From Dehalococcoidia bacterium (GTDB lineage Bacteria > Chloroflexota > Dehalococcoidia > SHYB01 > SHYL01): 57,261 bases of DNA. The stretch spans positions 1 to 57,261 of the forward strand of contig SHYL01000003.1 in the NCBI GenBank assembly GCA_009692825.1. Reading direction: 5' to 3'. Positions 32,142 through 42,380 of this stretch are shown here, piece after piece. How positions within the stretch are numbered: the stretch's first letter is position 1; the number at the start of each line of letters is the position of its first letter. The translations under genes were made by a program, and so were the position numbers. The notes under the pieces were generated by a model, which saw nothing but the letters and a program-made list of their open reading frames with translations, searched no databases and was not told the DNA's origin.

Positions 32142-32780
32142 CTATCCATTGTGATGGCCTACCAGTAAGAGTCCTGATTTTATCTTTACGCTCGCCTTGC
32201 TTGATGTCATAACATTGCTGATACCTCTGGTAGCGCCGATATCCAGCGTTCCATTTGCCAGCGGATACTTAAGACCGTCCGTGTAGATGCCGGTTACTCT
32301 GCCGGCAACAGGGATCAACGAAATTATTTCTCCGCGCTTTCCCTCAATCGAGGTGTGCTTTCTAACCACCGTTATAGAGTTACGTTCGTCTACAGCGGTG
32401 ATAGGTATGCCATCGAATTTTTTGGCGCAGAGCATAAGTAGGTTCGCAACTGAGTGATCAAGGCGAGGCCCACCGAAAACACCCAGCAGAGATATTTCTG
32501 AAGCGCCCTGCATTGATGCCTCTTCCAGTGCGAAAAATCCGTCAGTGAAATCCTTCTCAACCGGCAGTTTTATGACTTCAATACATGCCAGCTTTATCTT
32601 CTCGAGTGCATTTTTGTCCAGCGAATCCATATCGCCAACGACCGTTGTAGGCTTGATTCCCATCGCGAGCAGTTTTCCTGCAGCCCCGTCCGCAGCGATG
32701 ATAAGCTTTACGCCTTTTGCAAGGTTCTTTATAAATTCTGCTCTTGGGAGGTCTCCGTGAAGGACTACGATTGCTTTCAT
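32142..32780 (-). CDS. thiN: Thiamine diphosphokinase
   Basis: IAADGAA, VVGDMDS, EKDFTD, GGPRLDH, GLKYPL, GISN. Confidence 0.92.
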   Translation of the reverse strand: MKAIVVLHGDLPRAEFIKNLAKGVKLIIAADGAAGKLLAMGIKPTTVVGDMDSLDKNALEKIKLACIEVIKLPVEKDFTDGFFALEEASMQGASEISLLGVFGGPRLDHSVANLLMLCAKKFDGIPITAVDERNSITVVRKHTSIEGKRGEIISLIPVAGRVTGIYTDGLKYPLANGTLDIGATRGISNVMTSSKASVKIKSGLLLVGHHNG

Positions 32781-32853
32781 ACCTGTATAGTAACACTCTC
32801 AGTCGAATAGAAGTTAATTGTGCGTGAGCGTGCGAGATGATAAGATTTGCCTC

Positions 32854-34095
32854 ATGAGAGCAGAGATTATTTCAATTGGTACTGAGCTGTTGATGGGTCA
32901 GATCACGGATACGAACGCCGCGTTCCTTTCGTCGCAACTGCCGTCGCTCGGCATAGGCCTGTACTGGGTGACTCAGGTAGGAGATAACCAGGGGCGCATC
33001 GTAGAAGCCTTAGAGCGCGGTCTTGGCCGCTCCGACATCATTCTTACCACCGGCGGTCTTGGTCCCACTGAGGATGACCTCACACGGGAATCCATAGCGA
33101 AGTTCATGGGCGAAGAGATGTACCGCGACCCTGAGCTGCTGATCTGGCTGCAAGGCGTGATGCAGAATAATTTCAGAAATACGAACCGCCAGATGACATC
33201 GAACAACTTTAAGCAGGCCAACCTTATCCCCTCCGCGAAAGCTATCCCGAATGACCGTGGGACGGCCCCGGGTTGGATGGTCGAGAAGAACGGCAAGATG
33301 ATAATATCGATGCCCGGGCCGCCGTCTGAAATGACTAACATGTGGCAGAGGCATGTGCGTCCCATGCTTGCGCAGAAATTCCCAGGTGACATTCTGGTCT
33401 CTCGATTTATTAAGGCGTACGGTCTTGGCGAGTCTGCGCTGGACGCGATGATCGAAGAGTACTTGCATTCGAATAACCCGAGCATAGGCGTTTACACGCG
33501 CCCAGACGGCATAATGATGCGCTTAACAGCTAAAGCGCCGGACGAGGCGGCAGGCAGGGAGATTCTTGCCCCGGTAGAAGCTGGGATCCAGCGCATCCTG
33601 CAAGATTACGTTTGGGGGTTTGATGACGATACGATCGTTTCAGTCGTCGGCAAAGAGCTTAAGGCAAAAGGCATGACGCTGGCCACGATGGAATCCTGCA
33701 CCGGCGGACTGCTTGCCAGCCATATCACCGATACAGCAGGCAGTTCAGATTTTTTTAAAGGCGGGCTGGTTACCTACACGAACGAGATCAAGACATCGTT
33801 TGGCGTTGACCCTTCTATCATCGAGACAAAGGGAGCTATTAGCCCCGAAACCGCAGAGGCGATGGCCAAAGCAGTCCGCCTGAGACTGCACAGCTCTATC
33901 GGCATCGGAATCACCGGCGTTGCGGGGCCTGACCCAATTGAAGGCAAGCCCGTGGGTGAAGTGCACCTCGCCATATCTGACGGCATACGCTCCGCTACAT
34001 TTATGGGCAAATACAGGCCGCCCAGGGCTGATCTTAAGTCTCGGGCCGCCTATGCTGCGCTGTTTAACTTACGGGCCTTTCTAAAGCAGAGTTAG
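32854..34095 (+). CDS. cinA: Competence/damage-inducible protein A (MoCF/ADPR pyrophosphatase plus NMN deamidase)
   Basis: IGTELLMG.I.DTN, GGLGPTEDDLTRE, GTAPG, PGPP.EM, ESCTGG, ITGVAGP. Confidence 0.95.
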   Translation: MRAEIISIGTELLMGQITDTNAAFLSSQLPSLGIGLYWVTQVGDNQGRIVEALERGLGRSDIILTTGGLGPTEDDLTRESIAKFMGEEMYRDPELLIWLQGVMQNNFRNTNRQMTSNNFKQANLIPSAKAIPNDRGTAPGWMVEKNGKMIISMPGPPSEMTNMWQRHVRPMLAQKFPGDILVSRFIKAYGLGESALDAMIEEYLHSNNPSIGVYTRPDGIMMRLTAKAPDEAAGREILAPVEAGIQRILQDYVWGFDDDTIVSVVGKELKAKGMTLATMESCTGGLLASHITDTAGSSDFFKGGLVTYTNEIKTSFGVDPSIIETKGAISPETAEAMAKAVRLRLHSSIGIGITGVAGPDPIEGKPVGEVHLAISDGIRSATFMGKYRPPRADLKSRAAYAALFNLRAFLKQS

Positions 34096-34105
34096 GCTGG
34101 CTGGC

Positions 34106-35071
34106 ATGCGAAGGATAGCGGTCACCGGCGCTTCCGGATATCTCGGTTCAGTGCTCATAAAGAGGCTTATTCAAGAGCCTTACGTTGAGCTTATCCTTGG
34201 TTTCGATGTCCGTCCCAGTACGCTTGCTCACTCGAAGCTAAGGCATGTCCAGCAAGAGATAAACGCCCCGATGAAGCAATCGCTTTCTGAATCAGGCGTC
34301 GACTCGATAGTGCACCTGGCTTTTTTGCTGAATACAACCAGGGACAGAGCAATCTCCAGGCGGGTAAATCTTGACGGAACGATTAACGTAATAAACGAGA
34401 GCGCTGCGGCAGGGTTATCCCACATCTTTTTTGCAAGCAGCTCTACTGTTTATGGAGCGTACTCGGATAATCCATCGCATCTGAGTGAAACGGATGCTAT
34501 ACGCCCTAACCAAGGTTTTACCTACTCTGAAGACAAAGCAGAACTGGAACGAATCATCGAGAAATTTTCAAAGGAGAACTCGCGCATAGCAGTGACTACA
34601 GCTAGAATCGCGCCGGTCCTAGGGCCAAACACCAACAACTTCGTAGTTAGGGCATTTTTTCGCAGCGTGATGATAAAATCCAGCAGCTGCAATCCGCCCC
34701 TGCAATACACGCATGAGAATGATTTCAGTGACATAGTTACATCACTGGTGTTGAACCGCACCGGTGGAATATTTAATATCGCAAGTGAAGGCGAGATTAG
34801 TTACACGGATGTGGCGATGGTTGCGGGTAAGAAGCTGATTACAATACCTTCGGGCATACTTGGGCCGATGACAGGGTTAGCATGGCATCTGCGTTTGCAG
34901 AGTGACGGCACTCCAGCAGGGCTCGCATTTATAAAATACCCGTGGCTGGTCTCAATCGCAAAGCTAAAAGCTTACCTTGGCATCGCTCCGCATTATACTT
35001 CTGTACAGGCAGTTTCTGATTATGCGGCTCGTAACATGGCGGTGTCTAGAAACGCCGAGAAGGTTTACTAG
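34106..35071 (+). CDS. NAD-dependent epimerase/dehydratase (extended SDR)
   Basis: VTGASGYLG, VHLAF, SSSTVYGA, YSEDK (YxxxK). Confidence 0.88.
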   Translation: MRRIAVTGASGYLGSVLIKRLIQEPYVELILGFDVRPSTLAHSKLRHVQQEINAPMKQSLSESGVDSIVHLAFLLNTTRDRAISRRVNLDGTINVINESAAAGLSHIFFASSSTVYGAYSDNPSHLSETDAIRPNQGFTYSEDKAELERIIEKFSKENSRIAVTTARIAPVLGPNTNNFVVRAFFRSVMIKSSSCNPPLQYTHENDFSDIVTSLVLNRTGGIFNIASEGEISYTDVAMVAGKKLITIPSGILGPMTGLAWHLRLQSDGTPAGLAFIKYPWLVSIAKLKAYLGIAPHYTSVQAVSDYAARNMAVSRNAEKVY

Positions 35072-35086
35072 AACCCAGGGGGAACG

Positions 35087-36016
35087 ATGGCTGAAAAGGT
35101 CTTAATAATTGGTTCCGGCCCGGCGGGCTTGACCGCCGCATTGTATGCGGCCCGCTCAAACCTCGAGCCCATTGTGTTAGAAGGCTTTCAACCCGGTGGC
35201 CAGCTTACTATTACAACCGAAGTCGAGAATTTCCCGGGTTTTCCAAAGGGGATTATGGGTCCTGAGATGATGGACCTTTTCCGCGAGCAGGCCAAAAGAT
35301 TTGGCGCAAGGTGCCTGAATGAAGAAGTCATTGATGTGGACTTCTCTAAGCGTCCCTTTAGAGTGAAGACTGACGATAAGACTTACGAGAGCATGACCGT
35401 TATCGTCTCGACAGGCGCTTCCGCCAGGTGGCTGGGCCTCGAGTCCGAGCAGAAGCTCAGAGGACACGGGGTTTCGGCATGCGCTACCTGCGACGGATTC
35501 TTTTTTAAGGATCAGGAGTTGGCAGTCGTAGGTGGCGGGGATACCGCTATGGAAGAGGCCACATATCTAACAAAGTTTGCCAGCAAAGTTAACGTCATCC
35601 ACAGGCGGGAAGAGCTTCGCGCCTCAAAGATCATGCAGGAGCGGGCGAGGAAAAATCCAAAGATTGGCTTTATTTTTGACACAGTCGTCACTGACGTCCT
35701 GGATCCGTCCAAGAATACTGTTACGGGCATCCAGCTTCAGAATGTGAAAACAGGCAAGAGCAGCACTTTTAAGGTTGGAGGGTTGTTTGTGGCTATAGGC
35801 CATGACCCGAACAGCGAAGTCTTCAAAGGCAAGCTGGATATGGACGGCGAAGGGTACATAAAAGTCCACAACGGTACGAACACTAACATCCCTGGCGTTT
35901 TTGCCGCGGGTGACGTTGTTGACCACGTCTACCGCCAAGCCGTCACGGCCGCCGGCATGGGATGCATGGCGGCTATAGATGCCGAGCGATTTCTCGCGGC
36001 ACATGGCGAGGAATAG
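35087..36016 (+). CDS. trxB: Thioredoxin reductase
   Basis: [50 protein letters not shown]. Confidence 0.97.
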   Translation: MAEKVLIIGSGPAGLTAALYAARSNLEPIVLEGFQPGGQLTITTEVENFPGFPKGIMGPEMMDLFREQAKRFGARCLNEEVIDVDFSKRPFRVKTDDKTYESMTVIVSTGASARWLGLESEQKLRGHGVSACATCDGFFFKDQELAVVGGGDTAMEEATYLTKFASKVNVIHRREELRASKIMQERARKNPKIGFIFDTVVTDVLDPSKNTVTGIQLQNVKTGKSSTFKVGGLFVAIGHDPNSEVFKGKLDMDGEGYIKVHNGTNTNIPGVFAAGDVVDHVYRQAVTAAGMGCMAAIDAERFLAAHGEE

Positions 36017-36025
36017 CGCTACAGC

Positions 36026-37180
36026 ATGACCTTACTGAAACACACAGTGGAATTCGTAACTGAGCGGTCGCGTCTCGTAGAGGTCGCGCACGAGCTTTGC
36101 TCCGAGCCGACCATAGCGATGGATGTCGAAACGGACGGCCTTCACCATTATCCAGAGCGCGTATGTCTTGTTCAAATCGCTTCTGCTGACAAAATATTTC
36201 TCATCGATGCGATAAGCGCGGTTGACCTGTCATCCCTGCATAAGGTTCTCGCCACGCAAAGCATCGTGAAGGTTTTCCACGGCTGCGACAATGATATTCG
36301 GAACCTTTACAAGCACTGGCGACTCACTATTTCAGGCCTATTCGATACAAGAGTCGCGGCTCAGTACATGGGCGTAACCCAGTTTGGTCTTGACTCGCTC
36401 ATCACGCAGTTTGTAGGAAAAACGATAGAGAAGAGCAAGAGTGTTCAGCGCTCTAACTGGGGCTACAGGCCTCTCCCTGAAAGGTCGTTAGAGTATGCAG
36501 CAGATGACGTCCGCTACCTTTTCGACCTTTACTTCGCTCTCAAAGAGAAGCTGGAGGTGTCTGGACGGTCTTTCTGGGTTAAAGAGGAATGCATCCGACT
36601 TCAGGATGTCCGATACAAACAAGTTGAGACTGACACCCTGTTTCTGGGAGTGAAGGCAAGCCACCACCTGGATTCAAGAGGACTCGCCGTACTGAAGTGC
36701 CTTTATGATTTGAGAGAGGCTGAAGCGCTACGCCGCACCAAGCCTCCGTTCCAGGTGCTTGCTGATGAGACCCTCTCCGCGCTTGCTGTCGCATCCGATA
36801 CGGATGTTTTTGCGGCTCTTGAATTTAAGAATTTATCTTACACATTTAAAATAGAGCTTGCAAAGGCGCTTGATGCCGGCAAACGTGCCGAACCCATAGT
36901 GCGGCCTCCCGCCAAACGCATCCATCTCGACCCGGGTTACGCCGAGCGTCTGCACCAGCTTAAGCAGTGGAGACGCACTACTGGAGAAGGGCTGAGCATG
37001 GACCCGGCAATCATATGGCCCATGAGCAGCCTTGAGAGAATAGCTAAGAATCCTGAGACTTTAGGTGACGAGATACGGGCGCCCGAGGTAAGGGCCTGGC
37101 AGCGCGAACAGTTCGGCGCTTCACTTGAGAAACACGTTACGCAATCTAAGGCGACCGAGAGCCAGAGCGCTCCGCTATAA
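36026..37180 (+). CDS. rnd: Ribonuclease D family 3'-5' exonuclease with HRDC domain
   Basis: DVET (DEDD), LVQI, KVFHG..ND, LFDT..AA, SNW..RPL, YAADDV. Confidence 0.88.
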   Translation: MTLLKHTVEFVTERSRLVEVAHELCSEPTIAMDVETDGLHHYPERVCLVQIASADKIFLIDAISAVDLSSLHKVLATQSIVKVFHGCDNDIRNLYKHWRLTISGLFDTRVAAQYMGVTQFGLDSLITQFVGKTIEKSKSVQRSNWGYRPLPERSLEYAADDVRYLFDLYFALKEKLEVSGRSFWVKEECIRLQDVRYKQVETDTLFLGVKASHHLDSRGLAVLKCLYDLREAEALRRTKPPFQVLADETLSALAVASDTDVFAALEFKNLSYTFKIELAKALDAGKRAEPIVRPPAKRIHLDPGYAERLHQLKQWRRTTGEGLSMDPAIIWPMSSLERIAKNPETLGDEIRAPEVRAWQREQFGASLEKHVTQSKATESQSAPL

Positions 37181-38626
37181 GATACCGACCCTTACATTTC
37201 TGAAGCGAGCCGGCGACGAACCATGCCCCACATGCGCTACCTGCTCAGGCTGTCCTTTGCCGCAGTTCGCAGTGCCCCACATCTGCCAGTGGTCCTTGTT
37301 CCCTATCGCATCGCAGCTCTTCCAGAAGTCTGGCGTTATCCCTGTATAGGTGCAGTTTTTCAGAAGAGAGCCCAGTTTCCCATTTTTAATCTCCCAGCCA
37401 ACTTCCGTTCCAAACTGAAAATTGAGCCGCCTGTCGTCTATGCTCCAGCTCTTGTTGGTGGACATCAGGATACCGTGGTCAGTGGAAGATATCATATCGT
37501 CCAGCTTCCACGTTCCGGGCTCCAGGTTGATATTCGTCATGCGTATCAGCGGTATGCGTGACCAGCCGTCAGCCCTTGCCGTTCCGTTCGACTGTTGTCC
37601 GAATAGCGATGCTGTTTCGCGCGAAGTCAGGTAACCGACAAACATGCCGTCCCGCACAAGATGTGACCTCTGTGCCGGCACGCCCTCATCGTCATAGCCG
37701 AATGTTCCAAGGCCGCCTACGACTGTGCCGTCAGCGGTTAGATTCACTATCTCCGACCCATATCTGAAATTACCTAGTTTGTCGGTTGTGAGGAAGCTTG
37801 TTCCTGCAAACCCTGCTTCCATGCCGAGCACTCTGTCCAGCTCTACGGCATGGCCGCAAGACTCATGTATCTGCAATGCCATCTGCTGGCTGTCCAGGAT
37901 TATCGTCGTCACTTCTGATGGGCACGGCTTGGAAGTGAGAAGCTCCACTGCCTCTTCGGCTATCCTGCGCGCGTTGCCAGCCAGGTCATACCTCTCGACC
38001 AGCTCCCAGCCCTCGGTTCCCTGCTGGCGAGCATTGCTGTCGGGGTAGCTGCGCCGCTGGAGGTCATCATTGCCGGCGGACGTGCATTCCATGCTGCACC
38101 CTGTTTCGTACAGCTCCTGCTCGATAAATGACCCTTCAGTAGATGCGAATATCTTTGTTTCCCTCTGACATTCCACGCTTGCTTCGGCCGTCACGATGCC
38201 GTCCACGCTTTTCATATCTTCAGTGCACTTGACCAGGAGTGATATCTTCTCGTTCGCGGGCACGAGAAACGGGTCTTTTTTGATGGGCGTCCTGTACTTT
38301 GCGACGACGGGTTTCAGGGGGCTGAGGCGCACAGGATCGCGTCTCCTGGATGATGAGGCTTTGGCTATGCGCACGGCCTGTACCGCGATCTTTTCCATCT
38401 CTCTGGCGTCGACGATCGAGCTGGCTGCGGAACCCCACGCGCCCTGGGCGATGACCTGTATTCCGAATCCTACGTCCTCTGTCATGCGGAACGACTCCAC
38501 TTTGCCGTTTTTGACTACGATTGTCTCCGTGTCTCTTCTGATAACTCGAATATCAGCGTAAGTTGCGCCTCTGGCCTGTGCTGCGTTAAGCGCACGTGCG
38601 AGCATATTCCTCGAAGCGTCTGACAT
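37175..38626 (-). CDS. tldD: TldD family metalloprotease
   Basis: IHESCGH (HExxGH), YDDEGV, IRMTNINLEPG, NCGKGQP. Confidence 0.92.
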   Translation of the reverse strand: MSDASRNMLARALNAAQARGATYADIRVIRRDTETIVVKNGKVESFRMTEDVGFGIQVIAQGAWGSAASSIVDAREMEKIAVQAVRIAKASSSRRRDPVRLSPLKPVVAKYRTPIKKDPFLVPANEKISLLVKCTEDMKSVDGIVTAEASVECQRETKIFASTEGSFIEQELYETGCSMECTSAGNDDLQRRSYPDSNARQQGTEGWELVERYDLAGNARRIAEEAVELLTSKPCPSEVTTIILDSQQMALQIHESCGHAVELDRVLGMEAGFAGTSFLTTDKLGNFRYGSEIVNLTADGTVVGGLGTFGYDDEGVPAQRSHLVRDGMFVGYLTSRETASLFGQQSNGTARADGWSRIPLIRMTNINLEPGTWKLDDMISSTDHGILMSTNKSWSIDDRRLNFQFGTEVGWEIKNGKLGSLLKNCTYTGITPDFWKSCDAIGNKDHWQMWGTANCGKGQPEQVAHVGHGSSPARFRNVRVGIL

Positions 38627-39046
38627 CTACTTGCTCCTGGACTCTATCTGCGGAATGACGTGTATATCGTAATAGTTCACCATCTCTTCACCAAGCTCAG
38701 CGATATATAGACGGCTTATTTCAGCCTTTTCGATCAAGAGGGTTACGTTTATGCCAAGCGTCTCTGGTTCAAAGCCGTGGAGCTTTTGCATGGCGGCTTC
38801 GATAAGGTTGACGGCGCCTGTGAAGTTCTGCCTGGTCAGATGGTAGTAAGCGGTTGCTAGCTGGATGATGCTTTGATAGAAGACCCGGATAGGTCGGGGT
38901 TCGTGCATCCATAGTTCTTCAAGCTTTTCATGGCATAGAAAGAACTGCTTTGAATTGAACAGGCGGATCCCTTCGAGAAACATGGCTGATTTTTCAGCGT
39001 CTGTAAGTGAATTGTGTCCTGCAGGAGTTTTAGGATCAGAGGTCAT
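38627..39046 (-). CDS. DUF309 domain protein
   Basis: GIRLFN...FF.CHE.LEELW, YQ.IIQLA.A.YH...N..GA; start set at MTSDPK. Confidence 0.85.
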   Translation of the reverse strand: MTSDPKTPAGHNSLTDAEKSAMFLEGIRLFNSKQFFLCHEKLEELWMHEPRPIRVFYQSIIQLATAYYHLTRQNFTGAVNLIEAAMQKLHGFEPETLGINVTLLIEKAEISRLYIAELGEEMVNYYDIHVIPQIESRSK

Positions 39047-39066
39047 GTAGTGGAGCGCCTGGTAGC

Positions 39067-39753
39067 TTACCCAACCATGTTCAAGGCTTGGCCTATGTCC
39101 ATTGAGACGCATGTGAAGCTGGGCGTGTCCTGGACCGTGTACATACTGGCCTTCGTTTCACGCAAGACCATCACTAAATCCAGAAATTCGGCAAGGTCGT
39201 TTGTCTCGAACGCCAGCACAAATTCCTGGTCGTCCAGCCCGTATGAGTACGACGTGTTTATCTTCACGCCCGGGAACTTGTGGCCTATCCCTATGTGCTC
39301 GTTCATCATCTCCTGACGCTTCTCTTTGGGCAGCTCATACCACGGACGGCTCTTTACAAACGGGTAAACGATTAGATATTTTGAACCGACTGGCCGAACG
39401 CTCAACCGTTCCTGCCCCTCATGTGAATGAGAATCGATGTACATGGAGCGCCTGGTCATCGCCAGATACGAATAAGGGATAGTGAGGAATGATCCGATCT
39501 TTGTGACATTTATTCTCGCCGCCAGCTGTTGGAGCATATCCACTTCTGGAGTGGCAAGCCATAAGGCAAAATCAGTGTCGCCGCGTATACCTGTGAGGCT
39601 GTAACTTCTCACGAGCATCTTGTCTGAGAACTCGTCTAATATTGCTGCAAGCTCTTTCTTACCGACATCCTTCTCAGAAGATGCAAGCCTCTTCCACTTC
39701 GGTGCCAACTTAAAGAAGCTATATTTGACGAACTGCCAGCCTTCTCGTGCCAT
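39067..39753 (-). CDS. Chlorite dismutase / coproheme decarboxylase (ChdC/HemQ-like) family heme protein
   Basis: YS..G.R.D.D..LW, VYPFVK...WY.LP...R..MM.EH...G, GLDDQEFVLAFE, LRET.AS. Confidence 0.85.
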   Translation of the reverse strand: MAREGWQFVKYSFFKLAPKWKRLASSEKDVGKKELAAILDEFSDKMLVRSYSLTGIRGDTDFALWLATPEVDMLQQLAARINVTKIGSFLTIPYSYLAMTRRSMYIDSHSHEGQERLSVRPVGSKYLIVYPFVKSRPWYELPKEKRQEMMNEHIGIGHKFPGVKINTSYSYGLDDQEFVLAFETNDLAEFLDLVMVLRETKASMYTVQDTPSFTCVSMDIGQALNMVG

Positions 39754-39913
39754 GTAAACTCCAGCTTAGTGTAATAGGTGCTAATCATTAGGTGCTAGGC
39801 GACACTTTTCCAATTCTATTATAGCTGTAAAAATACTTCTATTGACTCTGCTCTAGGTACGTTGTAATAATGTTTGATAGTAGTAGTTATTTATCAAAGA
39901 GGGAGGTGAGTAA

Positions 39914-40117
39914 TTGACAACAGCAAATGCATCTCAACAGGACAGACGCTTCAGAGTTATGACTCTTGAAGAAGTCTCTAAATACCTCCGACTTGCAAAA
40001 TCTACAGTGTATCGCATGGCTAATAAGGGCAGAATTCCCGTTAGCAAGATTGGACGCCGCTGGCGCTTCCGTAAAGATGTAATCGACGCGTGGTTATCCG
40101 AGCAGGAGAAGATGTAG
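39914..40117 (+). CDS. Small HTH_17 (excisionase/MerR/BldC-like) DNA-binding protein (TTG start)
   Basis: VMTLEEVSKYLRL...TVYRMA..G.IP..KIG..WRF.K..ID.W; strong SD GGAGGTG. Confidence 0.88.
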   Translation: MTTANASQQDRRFRVMTLEEVSKYLRLAKSTVYRMANKGRIPVSKIGRRWRFRKDVIDAWLSEQEKM

Positions 40118-40215
40118 TCTCTCGCACACGCTCCGCTTTTCAAATTTCCCCGTAAAGTTGCCTTCAGCGTCAATAACTGTTAGTTTTAATCGAGAATTTC
40201 CTTCGGAGACGGCTG

Positions 40216-41061
40216 GTGGAACACCCCAACATCAGAGATCTTTTTACAGACATGCTATCCAGGAGAGATGGCGACATCGAGCTCGATACCGCCTCGCTCC
40301 TGATAGCGAAGGAAGAATACCCAGAGCTTAACGTTGGGGATTATCTCGACAGGTTGGACAGCATGGCGGATGAGATTAAGTCACGTCTTTCTGCTGACTA
40401 CAACCCCACTGAAGTCGTTGAAACAATAAATGAATACCTCTTTATAAACCAGGGATTCTCAGGCAACCAGCAGAGCTATTACGACCCCAAAAACAGCTAC
40501 CTCAGCGACGTGCTCGACCGTAAAACTGGGATTCCAATAACGCTGTCCATTATTTACATGGAGATTGGGCGAAGACTAGGTTTCAAGCTGCAAGGCCTTG
40601 GCATGCCCGGACACTTTATCCTCGGATACCGCCTGGAGGACGAGTTGAAGCTGCTGGATCCATACAACGCGGGTGCGCCCGTTACGGTAGAGCAGTGCCA
40701 GGAGCGGGTTAAGACTATGACCAACGGCGGCCCATTCAGGTCTGAGTTTCTAAGGCCAATGGAGAAACGCCAGATTATCTGGCGCATGCTGAATAATCTC
40801 AAGGGTATCTATGTAAGGGCGTCCGATTTCAAGAAGGCTGTTTCAATAGTCGACAGGATGATGCTGATTACTCCTAAATCGCCGGTATTGATGCGCGACA
40901 GGGGAGTGATGAAGTACCGCATGGAAACGCTTACAGGCGCCACTGAGGACTTGGAGCATTACCTTAAGCTTTCGCCAAACGCTTGGGATACGACAGAGGT
41001 TAAGCAGCTTATAAGCGTGATCTGGGAACGGCGCATGGGGCTGGACTCTAGGGCATCCTAA
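40216..41061 (+). CDS. SirB1 family protein (transglutaminase-like core plus TPR)
   Basis: GFSGN...YYDP.NSYL..VLDRK.GIPITLS, G.PGHF, RMLNNLK, RDRG. Confidence 0.9.
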   Translation: MEHPNIRDLFTDMLSRRDGDIELDTASLLIAKEEYPELNVGDYLDRLDSMADEIKSRLSADYNPTEVVETINEYLFINQGFSGNQQSYYDPKNSYLSDVLDRKTGIPITLSIIYMEIGRRLGFKLQGLGMPGHFILGYRLEDELKLLDPYNAGAPVTVEQCQERVKTMTNGGPFRSEFLRPMEKRQIIWRMLNNLKGIYVRASDFKKAVSIVDRMMLITPKSPVLMRDRGVMKYRMETLTGATEDLEHYLKLSPNAWDTTEVKQLISVIWERRMGLDSRAS

Positions 41062-41070
41062 AGCCAGGAC

Positions 41071-42342
41071 TTAGAGCAGTAAGCGCATTGGGTTCTGGAG
41101 GAAGGCCTTCACATCCTGTAGGAACTGAGCTGCCGCTACGCCGTCTGTGGCCCTGTGGTCCGCAGATATCGTTGACGGCATCATCTGCCGAATGACGATC
41201 TGGTCATTGACCACCACAGGTTGCGGCTTGATGGACCCAAGCGCAAGCACGCCGCTCTGGCCAGGAGTGATGATCGCTGAGAACCAGTCAACATCGAACA
41301 TGCCCATGTTGCTTACATTGAACGTTGGAGCTGAGTACTCTTCCTGGCGGAGCTGATTCTTCTTCGCACGCTCTTGCAGGCCTTTGCTGGCGACAGCAAT
41401 CTCGGCTAGGCTCTTGCTCTCGCACTGCAGTATTGCAGGCGCTACCAGGCCGTCTTCCAGTGAAATAGCGATGCCTATGTTGATGTTCTTGTGGACCACA
41501 AGACCTTGCTCTGTATAGGTGGAGTTCAGCTTGGGGTGCTTCTGAAGGGACTTGGTTACAGCCTTAACGACGAGGTCGTTTACGCTTATTTTGACTTCCA
41601 GTCCGCTCGTTTCATTCAGCTCTTTGCGAAAGCGCATAGCCTCCGTCATATCGATCATGTTCTCAACGTAGAAATGTGGTATGCCGTTCTTCGACTGAAC
41701 CATTATCTTGGCGATGCCGGTGCGCATCCTGCTGAGCGGTATCGTTTCGTCAGCCTTTATGGCAGGCGTGGCCGCCGGCGCAGGAGCTGCTGACACCATT
41801 GCGGGGGCTGGCGCTGCGGTAGGTGCGGACGGGGCCGCTGCCGCCGGCTGTACTCTGCCTTCGGCAACCGCGAGCACGTCTTCTTTTTGGACGCGTCCGC
41901 CGGGGCCTGTGCCCTTGATGGTTCTTAAATCTATGCCCTTCTCTTCAGCGATCTTGCGCGCAATTGGAGACACCTTCATTTCGCCTGAAGGATCTGCCAT
42001 TGCTGGTGCAGGTGGCGCTACTGGAGCGGCTGCTGTTTTAGCAGGAGCAGGAGATGCGGCAGGCTTAGCGCCGCCTGACTTGGCTGGAGCGTCCACTGTT
42101 TCGCCGGGTGCACCTATGAAGCCTATGATTTCGCCGACCGGGACAGTGTCACCTTCACCAACTACGATACGTGAAAGTACGCCAGGTGAAAATGCTTCGA
42201 CCTCTACAACAGCTTTGTCTGTCTCAATCTCAAGGAGAGGCTCGCCTCTGATTATCCGGTCGCCTTCTTTCCTGAGCCACCTGACAATTTTGCCCTCTTT
42301 CATATCGAAGCCCATCTGGGGCATTTTTACTTCAATAGCCAA
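41071..42342 (-). CDS. pdhC: Dihydrolipoamide acetyltransferase E2 (TTG start)
   Basis: Lipoyl motif ETDKA, E3-binding GTGPGGRV, Ala/Pro linkers, DHRATDG. Confidence 0.95.
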   Translation of the reverse strand: MAIEVKMPQMGFDMKEGKIVRWLRKEGDRIIRGEPLLEIETDKAVVEVEAFSPGVLSRIVVGEGDTVPVGEIIGFIGAPGETVDAPAKSGGAKPAASPAPAKTAAAPVAPPAPAMADPSGEMKVSPIARKIAEEKGIDLRTIKGTGPGGRVQKEDVLAVAEGRVQPAAAAPSAPTAAPAPAMVSAAPAPAATPAIKADETIPLSRMRTGIAKIMVQSKNGIPHFYVENMIDMTEAMRFRKELNETSGLEVKISVNDLVVKAVTKSLQKHPKLNSTYTEQGLVVHKNINIGIAISLEDGLVAPAILQCESKSLAEIAVASKGLQERAKKNQLRQEEYSAPTFNVSNMGMFDVDWFSAIITPGQSGVLALGSIKPQPVVVNDQIVIRQMMPSTISADHRATDGVAAAQFLQDVKAFLQNPMRLLL

Positions 42343-42380
42343 GTGGTGTAACCTCCGCGATCAAATATGTCAAAGCTAAG

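Noticed and set aside
39067-39753. True chlorite dismutase implying (per)chlorate respiration
   Set aside because: No signal peptide, no evident distal Arg (region reads KINTSYS) and no pcr/clr genes; a ChdC-like role is more likely.
39914-40117. Excisionase marking a prophage or integrative element
   Set aside because: No integrase, att-like repeat, tRNA or phage genes; the neighbours are housekeeping genes.
41755-42100. Ala/Pro-rich low-complexity repeats in pdhC
   Set aside because: These are the normal flexible linkers of E2 subunits.
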